A DNA stretch of 35,122 nucleotides, from assembly GCA_040904565.1 (NCBI GenBank), contig JBBDTI010000049.1, forward strand, positions 1 to 35,122. Reading direction: 5' to 3'. Origin of the DNA: Rhodothermales bacterium. Its GTDB lineage: Bacteria; Bacteroidota; Rhodothermia; Rhodothermales; VXPQ01. The notes under the pieces were generated by a model, which searched no databases, had not been told where the DNA came from, and saw only the letters and a list, made by a program, of their open reading frames with translations. Both the position numbers and the translations under genes were made by a program. Of the stretch, positions 8,878 through 17,399 are shown one piece after another (the stretch's first letter is position 1; each line of letters begins with the position of its first letter).

Positions 8878-11433
8878 ATGAGCCGTATTTTTGATGTATT
8901 TCGCCCCGTCATTCGGGTGGTCGTGAGACGTGCCTGGGCGGTGGTCGTCGTGGCTGCCCTGATGACGGTCGTTGGATTCTATTTTGCCCGCCAGCTCAGC
9001 ATCGATACGGACTTCTCGAACCTCATTCCGTCCGACTACGCCAGCGTTCAGGCACTGGAAGCGCTGCGCGAAACCGTGGGCAGTGAGACGACGGCCGAAG
9101 TCGTGATCCGGAGTCCATCGTTCGACGCGAATAAGGCATTCGCTGAGGCATTTATTCCGCGGGCGCTCGAGCTGGAGGACCCCGCAACGGGTGAGCCGTA
9201 TCTGGCCCGCGTCGATTACGAGAAGGATACGGAATTCCTCGAGCGGAACGCCCTCTATTTCGCAACGAGCGCCGAGCTGGACAGCCTGGAGAGATACCTG
9301 CGGGATCGAATACGGGACGCGAAACTGGAGGCCAACCCGTTCTATTTCGACCTCGATGACGAAGAGGACGCCGCCGAAGATGAGGGCTTCGACATCGAGC
9401 GGGGCCTTCACGAGGTCTACGATCAGGTTGTCGGGAAGCGCTATCCCATAAACGACGATAGCACGATCATGGTGCTTCGTTTCTATCCGACGGGCTCCCA
9501 GACCAATATCGGTTTCATCGAAGGTCTCTACGACGACCTTGAATCCCTCGCCGGCGAGCTCGACCCGGCATCGTACCACGCGGAAATGGACGTGATCCTG
9601 GCGGGGCGCCTGCTCAGGCAGCTCGTAGAGATACAGGCCATCACTGGAGACGTGGTCACGTCGTTTGCGGCCGGCGTCGCGTCGGTACTTCTGGTCGTTC
9701 TCCTGTATTTCTTCTACAAGGGATATACGGCTCGGGCCGGACATCGCTTTGCCGGCCGGGTCTTCCTTACGCAGGTCGCACGCACGCCGGCCATGGCCGT
9801 GTTGATAGGCGCGCCACTCCTGATGAGTCTGGCGTGGACGTTCGGTGTGGCGTACCTGACGTACGGAACGCTGAACCTGATGACATCTACACTGGGTCTG
9901 GTGCTGTTTGGGCTCGGTATCGATTACGGAATACACTTCTACGCTCGATACTCGGAGGAGCGACGTTCAGGTTTGAGCGTGGCGGAGGCGGCAGAGGTGA
10001 CGTTCGGCACGACGGGACAGGCGATAGCCGTGGGTGCCATGACGACGGCGGGGGCGTTATACGTGCTCATGTTGGCAGACTTTCGCGGGTTCAGCGAGTT
10101 TGGATTTATTGCCGGAACGGGCGTTCTTTTCGCACTCGTATCCATGACGGTCGTCATGCCCGCGCTGCTCGTCCTTTTCGAACGCCATCGCCTGCTCAAT
10201 ATGGAATCCAACGAGGGGGCCCAGTTGTCGGCGGACGGTTTTCGGAGGCGGCTGCCTGGAGCGCGTGCGATCATTCTCGTCAGCGTGGCGGCCGTCGTGG
10301 CAGCCCTGGTATTTCTTCCCCGGGTGGGGTTTGAGTATGACTTCGGTGCCCTCGAGCCGGAATACGAGTCGTACGAGGCGAAGAGAGATCTCGTGCGTGA
10401 GGTGTACTCCAGCCGGGGCAGCAATCCGGCCTACGTCCTGGTCGACGACCCCGCTGATGTACGCGAGGTGGTCGACGTGATCGAGCGCCGTATGGCCGAA
10501 GACACGCTCTCCCCTACGATCGACCGCGTCGAGACGCTTCAGGACCGCTTTCCGACGACCGACGAAGGACGTCAAGAGAAGCTCGATCACATCGCGGATA
10601 TACGAGAGCTGCTCTCCGATCCACTCGTGCAGGCAGACTTGGAAGGGGATACCGATTTAGCACGTATCGAGCGGGCGGCCCAGACGACGGAGCCGCTGAC
10701 GGTCGATCAGGTCCCCGAGAGCATTCGCAATCAGTTCACATCGAAGTCGGGCGCGGTCGGCGGTTTTGTAATGATCTATCCAGCCGTGGGTCTGTCGGAC
10801 GGTCGCCTTTCGATGGCGTTTGCCGAGGACGTGGGAACGATCGTTACGCCGCAAGGAGTCAGTTATCATGCGGGGTCCACCTCCCTCGTCGCCGCCGACA
10901 TGCTGCGCCTGATGTTGAAGGAGGCGCCGTACATGATTGCCCTCACCTTTCTGATCGTCGCCCTCCTGATGTGGGTCAACTTTCGGTCGATTCGATGGGC
11001 GGCACTGGCGACCGTACCGCTCGTAGTGGGCGTTCTCTGGATGCTTCTGACGATGGAAATGATCGGACTGAGATTAAACTTCTACAATCTCGTCGTGCTG
11101 CCCGCCGTGCTGGGCATCGGTAACGATGCCGGCGTCCACCTCGTGCACAGGTATCGGGAGGAGGGAGAGGGCTCGATGCTCCGCGTACTGCGCTACACCG
11201 GTGAACATATTACGATGGGCTCCCTGACGACCATGATCGGATTCGGAGGCCTCATGTTGAGCTTTCATCCCGGCCTTGACTCGATCGGCCGTCTGGCCGT
11301 TGTCGGGATCGGGATGACGCTTCTGGCCGCCATGATCTTTCTGCCTGCCCTGTTGCAGTGGCTCGAGGACCGGGGGGATGCACCGGCGTCCGACGTCGGC
11401 GAACGGCCTGACGAAGTGATGGTGAAGCCGTAG
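8878..11433 (+). CDS. MMPL/RND family lipid exporter
   Basis: 851 aa with two repeats of 1 TM + large loop + 5 TM. LSIDTDFSNLIP, GLGIDYGIHF and GIGNDAGVHL motifs. Confidence 0.9.
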   Translation: MSRIFDVFRPVIRVVVRRAWAVVVVAALMTVVGFYFARQLSIDTDFSNLIPSDYASVQALEALRETVGSETTAEVVIRSPSFDANKAFAEAFIPRALELEDPATGEPYLARVDYEKDTEFLERNALYFATSAELDSLERYLRDRIRDAKLEANPFYFDLDDEEDAAEDEGFDIERGLHEVYDQVVGKRYPINDDSTIMVLRFYPTGSQTNIGFIEGLYDDLESLAGELDPASYHAEMDVILAGRLLRQLVEIQAITGDVVTSFAAGVASVLLVVLLYFFYKGYTARAGHRFAGRVFLTQVARTPAMAVLIGAPLLMSLAWTFGVAYLTYGTLNLMTSTLGLVLFGLGIDYGIHFYARYSEERRSGLSVAEAAEVTFGTTGQAIAVGAMTTAGALYVLMLADFRGFSEFGFIAGTGVLFALVSMTVVMPALLVLFERHRLLNMESNEGAQLSADGFRRRLPGARAIILVSVAAVVAALVFLPRVGFEYDFGALEPEYESYEAKRDLVREVYSSRGSNPAYVLVDDPADVREVVDVIERRMAEDTLSPTIDRVETLQDRFPTTDEGRQEKLDHIADIRELLSDPLVQADLEGDTDLARIERAAQTTEPLTVDQVPESIRNQFTSKSGAVGGFVMIYPAVGLSDGRLSMAFAEDVGTIVTPQGVSYHAGSTSLVAADMLRLMLKEAPYMIALTFLIVALLMWVNFRSIRWAALATVPLVVGVLWMLLTMEMIGLRLNFYNLVVLPAVLGIGNDAGVHLVHRYREEGEGSMLRVLRYTGEHITMGSLTTMIGFGGLMLSFHPGLDSIGRLAVVGIGMTLLAAMIFLPALLQWLEDRGDAPASDVGERPDEVMVKP

Positions 11434-11440
11434 AGGTTGA

Positions 11441-12607
11441 CTAAGCCGGAACGGCCTCGGGCATGAAGGCCGGCTCGATCACGGATTCCATGATGTCCAC
11501 GTATTTTTGCGCGACGGCGTGCCAGCTGAAATGCCGTTCGACATATCGGGCTGCGCGGGACCGCGCAGCCTCCAGTGCATCATGTTCGTGGTAATACCGC
11601 ATTACGGCCTCCGAGAACTCCCAGGCGTTACCGCTGGATACGAGGTGACCGTTCTCGCCCTCTTCAATCACGTCCGTAATGCCTTCCAGGCTTGACGCGA
11701 TCGTCGGGAGACCGCAGACGCCGGCCTCGAGCATCACGACGCCAAACCCCTCCATGTCGCCCGGTACGGGGATATTCGGCATCACAAACAGGTCGGCGCC
11801 CCTGTAGAGCAACTGTAGATCTTCTTCGGAGACCCGGCCGAGCAGTTTGACCCGGTCCCGGGCGTTGCCGGCGCGTGCCGCCGCAGCGATCTCGTCGGCT
11901 TCGGGCCCGTCGCCGGCCAGCCAGTAATGTACGTCCTCGGGAAGAAGCGGAAGTACGTTCTCGATGAACCAGGCGAACCCTTTGCGCTTCACCTGCCGGC
12001 CGACGCTGCACAGGAGTAGACCGCGGTCCGGCACCGGTCGGCCGTTTCCAAAGCGGTGGAGAAGCTCTGCTCGGACGTCCTTCTTCGAAGGCGTCGTGCC
12101 GAATCGCCCCACGGATACGCCGTTCGGGATCACATACACCTTGTCAGAATGCAGTCCGCGTGCGATGCAGGCATCGCCCGTTGCCCGACTGACGGGAAGC
12201 ACGGCATCGAGCGCGTCGAATATATGCGGTACCAATGTCTGGTACGGCGCCAAATCCATCGTCACGTCTCGACCGTGAACGATGGCCGCAGCGTACACCC
12301 CGTTCCTCTCCAACAAAGGCTTCAAAAGGGCCGCGAGCGATGCCGTCACCATGGAAGAGAACAGTACCACATCCACCTCTCCACGTTGCACCACGCGACG
12401 GATCTCGAAGAGGGCTCTCAGCAGGAAAGGTCCCGTCTTCACGTGTGTCCACTGCCAGGATGAGCGTAGGACGAGGGATGAATACTCGACGTCGTCGCGT
12501 GACGAGAGGGCGGCGTGCAATTCCGTCGATACGCGCTGCATCCCACCGATATTCGACAGTGGGCGGTCGGCCGGTGGAAAAGAATGTGAGACGAAGAGTA
12601 CGCGCAC
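11441..12607 (-). CDS. GT4 glycosyltransferase (PimA/PimB-like)
   Basis: MRVLFVSHSFPP..GGMQR, HGRD, VGRQVKRKGF and EGFGVVMLEA (EX7E). GTG start. Confidence 0.9.
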   Translation of the reverse strand: MRVLFVSHSFPPADRPLSNIGGMQRVSTELHAALSSRDDVEYSSLVLRSSWQWTHVKTGPFLLRALFEIRRVVQRGEVDVVLFSSMVTASLAALLKPLLERNGVYAAAIVHGRDVTMDLAPYQTLVPHIFDALDAVLPVSRATGDACIARGLHSDKVYVIPNGVSVGRFGTTPSKKDVRAELLHRFGNGRPVPDRGLLLCSVGRQVKRKGFAWFIENVLPLLPEDVHYWLAGDGPEADEIAAAARAGNARDRVKLLGRVSEEDLQLLYRGADLFVMPNIPVPGDMEGFGVVMLEAGVCGLPTIASSLEGITDVIEEGENGHLVSSGNAWEFSEAVMRYYHEHDALEAARSRAARYVERHFSWHAVAQKYVDIMESVIEPAFMPEAVPA

Positions 12608-12625
12608 GGGTAAGGGGATGCCGGC

Positions 12626-13834
12626 TTAGCTGTGAACAGAAGCGGTCGGTGGTGCAGACTCGTAGAAACCGATAGCGGATCCGTCGCCAGAATGAGAGGC
12701 GCCCGGGCGCAGGATCTCGTCGTAATACCCGATCATGTTCGACAGCACGGTGCTCCAGCTATAGTCGCGTGCACGAAGCTCGGCCTCGGCTCCCATCCCG
12801 CGGCGCTTAGGATCGTCGGCGATCAGAAGACGTACGGCATCCTCGAAGCCCTTCACGTTACCCGGCGGCACGAGAAGTCCCGTCTCCCCATGCTCGACGA
12901 GCGTACGGCTGCCCGTCGCGTCAGCGCAGACGGTCGGGATTCCGGATGCCATCGCTTCCAGCGTCACATTGCCGAACGTCTCCGTATCGCTCGGGAACAG
13001 AAACAGGTCGGATGAGGCGTACGCGCGCGCCAGCTCCTTCCCTTCCAGATAGCCGGTAAAGACCGTATCCGGCAGACGTGCTCGCAATTCGTCGAGCGCC
13101 GGACCGTCGCCTACGATCATGCTCCGATGTTTGACGCCTTTCCGCTGAAGGGACTCAATGACGTCGGCGAAAACACCCAGGCCTTTTTCCCAAACGAGGC
13201 GCCCGATGAAGCTCACCAGCACGGCGTCGTCCTCTACTCCTCGTTCACGTCGCCACTCCAGTGACCGATGCGACGGGTTGAACCGGGCCGTGTCTACTCC
13301 ACGCGCCCAACGGCGGAGACCGCGATCGATTCCGTGTGAATGCAGAACGTCCTCGATCGAGGAAGAAGGGACGTAGACGTGACGGCAATGGCCGTAAAAC
13401 ATGGCCAGGTATTTCCACATAAGCCGTTCCAGTGCGCCAACGCCGTAATACTTCAGATACGAGCTGAAGTGGGTGTGATACGAGGCGACGGCCGGAATTC
13501 CTTCTCGTTCAGCGAGACGCAACGCCTGGAAACCGACGAGGTCAGGCGTTGCGATGTGAAAGAGATTCGGACGGAACGATCGGATGATGGACCGCGCGGA
13601 GGGTGTGAGTCCGACCGAAATCCTGTATTCCGGACGGCCGGGCACCGGAATGGACGGTACCGGAATCAGCGTACCGGCATGCTCGACCGGTGGATCGTCG
13701 ACCGTCGGGGCCACGACGAGCGTCTCTGTGTCGTGGTCCTCCAGATAGGCAACGAGGCGATTGAGCGTAAGGGAGACCCCATCGGCGATGTGGTTGTAGG
13801 CACCGGTGAAAATGACGACGCGACGTTCCGTCAT
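12626..13834 (-). CDS. GT4 glycosyltransferase, MgtA/SqdX/Agt-like lipid-acceptor subfamily
   Basis: DGVSLTL, HIATP, SYHTHF, WARGVD..RFNP, GRLVWEK and ETFGNVTLEAMASG. Start uncertain (13834 or 13885). Confidence 0.85.
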   Translation of the reverse strand: MTERRVVIFTGAYNHIADGVSLTLNRLVAYLEDHDTETLVVAPTVDDPPVEHAGTLIPVPSIPVPGRPEYRISVGLTPSARSIIRSFRPNLFHIATPDLVGFQALRLAEREGIPAVASYHTHFSSYLKYYGVGALERLMWKYLAMFYGHCRHVYVPSSSIEDVLHSHGIDRGLRRWARGVDTARFNPSHRSLEWRRERGVEDDAVLVSFIGRLVWEKGLGVFADVIESLQRKGVKHRSMIVGDGPALDELRARLPDTVFTGYLEGKELARAYASSDLFLFPSDTETFGNVTLEAMASGIPTVCADATGSRTLVEHGETGLLVPPGNVKGFEDAVRLLIADDPKRRGMGAEAELRARDYSWSTVLSNMIGYYDEILRPGASHSGDGSAIGFYESAPPTASVHS

Positions 13835-14280
13835 CGTCCGGTAACGCGCTCGCGTCCGATCTAATACTGCGATGTCTGTTCCCATATATGATACTGCCGG
13901 GATTCGACAGTGAAGGTTTACTAGATACTGATTCACGCGCGCCGCACGCATCACGATACGGCGGGCACCTTCGCACTCATTGAGTCGGCTGGCCCGACGT
14001 ATCGTTACGCGCTCCTCTACGGGACCTCCGGAATTAAAGATTCTAAGGAATGACGACGCGGCGCCTCGCAGAACCTATCCTCCCTGGAATTCATTCCGAA
14101 CTCACTCCCCGAATGCGATGCCCTCGATCTCTCCGTGCGGATCGATCGGCGGCGCGACGGATCGGGAAACCCGCCTTGAATAGATTAAGCCGCATGCAGG
14201 GCCGAGGAAGTAACACGCCGGGTCGAAATTGTCGGGTCGGAGAGCCTTCAGAAGAACGCACCGGTCTTCCGCGGGTTGGA

Positions 14281-17160
14281 TTACAGGACGTCCTTGAGGT
14301 ATCGGCCCGTATGGCTGTCCGGTGACCGCGCGATGTCTTCGGGCGTGCCTTCCGCGACGACGAAACCGCCGCGTCGACCGCCTTCGGGTCCCAGGTCGAT
14401 AACCCAGTCGGATGATTTGATGACGTCCAGATTGTGTTCTACGAGGATGACGGAATGCCCTTCATCCACCAGCGCGTTCAGCGCCCCCATGAGCTTCTTG
14501 ATGTCGTCGAAGTGAAGTCCGGTCGTCGGTTCGTCCAGCACGTACAGGACGCGATCGCGGGTCGACTTACCAAGGAAGGAGGCGAGTTTCAGGCGCTGTG
14601 ACTCGCCGCCCGAAAGCGTGTTGGATGGCTGTCCGAGCGTGAGATAGCCGAGGCCGATATCCTGCAGCACACTCAGCTTGTTTGTGAGCGCCGTCTGGTC
14701 GTCGAAGAAGTCCGCCGCTTCGTCGACCGTCATATTCAGGATATCGTCGACGTTCTTGCCGTCGTAATGGATGTCGAGCACTTCCTGCTTGTACCGGCGC
14801 CCCTTGCACGCCTCACATTGCAGATAGAGGTCGGCCAGAAACTGCATCTCCACTTTTACGACCCCCTCACCCTTGCATGCTTCGCAGCGTCCTCCGGGTA
14901 CGTTGAATGAGAAATATCCGGGTTTGTGGCCGCGGATGCGGGCCTGATACGTATTCGAAAGCAGGTCGCGTATGTGATCGAACGCCTTCGTATATGTGGC
15001 CGGATTCGATCGAGGGGTCTTCCCGATCGGGTCCTGGTCGACCATCTCGATCTGGTCGACGAGCATGTGACCGCGAATAGCGTCGTGCGTGCCGGCGCCA
15101 TCGTCCACGCTCAGGCCCTTCAGGCGTGCCAGCCCGTTATAGAGCGTGTCGTGGACGAGCGTCGATTTACCCGATCCGCTGACGCCCGTCACACACGTGA
15201 TCATTCCGAGCGGAAACCGTACGTCGAGCCGTTTGAGATTGTGCTGCCGCGCGTTTTCGACGCGAACAACGTTCTCCTCGTCCAGTGGGCGGCGATCGGT
15301 CGGGACGGGTATCTGCTCGCGCCCGCTCAGGTAGGCGCCGGTGAGCGACGTTTCGTCCGTAAGCAGGGCGTCGTACGTACCCTGAAATATAACCTCTCCC
15401 CCGAAGCGACCGGCACCCGGACCCAGGTCCACGACCTGGTCTGCTCGCTCCATCATCGCGGCTTCGTGCTCGACGACGATGACGGTATTGCCGATGTCTC
15501 GGAGGTTTTCCAGAATATTGATCAGCCGGCCGTTGTCCCGCGGATGCAGCCCGATCGACGGCTCGTCGAGTACGTACAGCGAGCCGACGAGCGAAGAACC
15601 GAGAGACGTGGCCAGATTTATGCGCTGGCTCTCTCCGCCCGACAGCGTTTGTGACAGCCGGTCGAGCGTAAGGTAATCCAGACCGACCTCAACGAGATAC
15701 TTCAGTCGTTTCCTGATTTCCTCCAGAACCCGGCCGGCCACTTCCTCCTCATACTCGGTCAGATCGAGCGTTTCGAAGAACTGCCGTGCGTCCTGCGTCG
15801 TGAGCTCGCAAATCTGCCCGATATGATGGTCCTGAATGCGGACGTGCCGAGCCGCCTCTCGAACGCGATATCCATGGCATGCCGGACATCTGGAATACCC
15901 TCGAAAACGGGCCCGGAAGATGCGGTAGTGCATCTTATAGTTATGCTTCTCGAGAAAATCGAAGAAGCCGTGAATGCCGATATAATCCCCCTCGCCGTTC
16001 CAGATGAGGTCCTTTACCTCCTCCGGGAGCAGGCGGTACGGTGCGTCGATGTTAATCCGCCGTTCGGCGGCGATGCGGATCAGCTCGCGAAAGTTCTTGC
16101 CCCATTGATCGGTTCGGAACGGAGCGATGGCCCCCTGCCTGATCGACAGATCTTCGTTGGGGATGATGAGATGCTCGTCGAGGCCGGCTACGCGGCCGAA
16201 TCCCTGGCATTTCGGGCAGGCGCCGACCGGACTGTTGAAGGAGAACAGGAGCGGCGTCGGTTCTTCGAATCGAATGCCGTCGCGTTCGAAATATTCGCTG
16301 AAATAGAGCGTCTTGCCGCCGCGGATGCGGACGACGCAGCGGCCGTTGCCCTCTCGAAAGGCCTGGTCTACCGAATCCGCCGCGCGCGATCGCGCCGCAT
16401 CGTCGTCCTTCCGTACAGCCAGCCGATCTACCACGACAAGCAGCCGGTCGCGTGCAAAATTATTGACTTCATTCGGAGGGGTCTCGTTCAGGTCAAACAG
16501 CTCTGCCCCGGCTCCTGCTTGCTGCTGCCGTTCCGTGGGAAGAAGCAGGATCCGAAAGAAGCCCCGCTGGCGCAGCGCGCTCAACTCTTCCTTCAGCGTC
16601 GTGTCTTCGTGCTCGGGGACCGGAAAGCAGAGGTAGAAGCGCGTACGATCGTCGTACCCATCGAATACCTCGTCCGCGACGGACCGGGGCGAGTCTCTCG
16701 TCACTTCCCGGCCGCTGACCGGAGAAATCGTTCGGCCGATCCGTGCGTAGAGCAGCCGCAGATGATCGTAGACCTCCGTCTGCGTCGCCACCGTTGAGCG
16801 CGGATTCTTCGACGTGGTCTTTTGCTCGATGGCGATGGCCGGGGCAAGTCCCGTAATCAGGTCGGCGTCCGGCTTATCCATCCGCTCCAGGAATTGACGG
16901 GCGTATGCGCTCAGGCTCTCCACGTACCGGCGCTGCCCCTCCGCATAGATGGTGTCGAATGCGAGGGAGGACTTGCCCGACCCGGACGGCCCCGTAAATA
17001 CGATCAGCTTGTTGCGGGGAAGGTCAAGATCGACCCCCTTCAGATTGTGCTGGCGGGCGCCTCGAATAACGATGTGCGTCCGGGCGGCACGCTTGGCTTC
17101 AACGTCGGCGTGTGCACCGACAGGTGCCTGAGAGGTGAGGGATTCCGTCGTCGTGGCCAT
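14281..17160 (-). CDS. uvrA: Excinuclease ABC subunit A (UvrA paralog)
   Basis: GARQHNLK, two Walker A motifs (GPSGSGKSS, GVSGSGKST), EGQRRYVESLS, LSGGESQR twice, LDEP twice and CxxC zinc modules. Confidence 0.95.
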   Translation of the reverse strand: MATTTESLTSQAPVGAHADVEAKRAARTHIVIRGARQHNLKGVDLDLPRNKLIVFTGPSGSGKSSLAFDTIYAEGQRRYVESLSAYARQFLERMDKPDADLITGLAPAIAIEQKTTSKNPRSTVATQTEVYDHLRLLYARIGRTISPVSGREVTRDSPRSVADEVFDGYDDRTRFYLCFPVPEHEDTTLKEELSALRQRGFFRILLLPTERQQQAGAGAELFDLNETPPNEVNNFARDRLLVVVDRLAVRKDDDAARSRAADSVDQAFREGNGRCVVRIRGGKTLYFSEYFERDGIRFEEPTPLLFSFNSPVGACPKCQGFGRVAGLDEHLIIPNEDLSIRQGAIAPFRTDQWGKNFRELIRIAAERRINIDAPYRLLPEEVKDLIWNGEGDYIGIHGFFDFLEKHNYKMHYRIFRARFRGYSRCPACHGYRVREAARHVRIQDHHIGQICELTTQDARQFFETLDLTEYEEEVAGRVLEEIRKRLKYLVEVGLDYLTLDRLSQTLSGGESQRINLATSLGSSLVGSLYVLDEPSIGLHPRDNGRLINILENLRDIGNTVIVVEHEAAMMERADQVVDLGPGAGRFGGEVIFQGTYDALLTDETSLTGAYLSGREQIPVPTDRRPLDEENVVRVENARQHNLKRLDVRFPLGMITCVTGVSGSGKSTLVHDTLYNGLARLKGLSVDDGAGTHDAIRGHMLVDQIEMVDQDPIGKTPRSNPATYTKAFDHIRDLLSNTYQARIRGHKPGYFSFNVPGGRCEACKGEGVVKVEMQFLADLYLQCEACKGRRYKQEVLDIHYDGKNVDDILNMTVDEAADFFDDQTALTNKLSVLQDIGLGYLTLGQPSNTLSGGESQRLKLASFLGKSTRDRVLYVLDEPTTGLHFDDIKKLMGALNALVDEGHSVILVEHNLDVIKSSDWVIDLGPEGGRRGGFVVAEGTPEDIARSPDSHTGRYLKDVL

Positions 17161-17399
17161 TTCAGCGCGTGGAACTGCATTCAAACGTACAACCAACTTC
17201 AACGCGGCTGGTGATGCAATGATGCATAATTGTCGCACCGCAATGTCGCATCGTGCTGGAGATCGGCTCGACGGAACTGGGCGTTCTCGGCCTCAGTAGC
17301 AACCATCGGCCGCATCTCCACGCTTGGTTGTACGGGACTTTCGTCCGGGTCCGCGACGGACCGTCAACCGTCCAACCGCCAACCGCTCCACCGTCTTAC

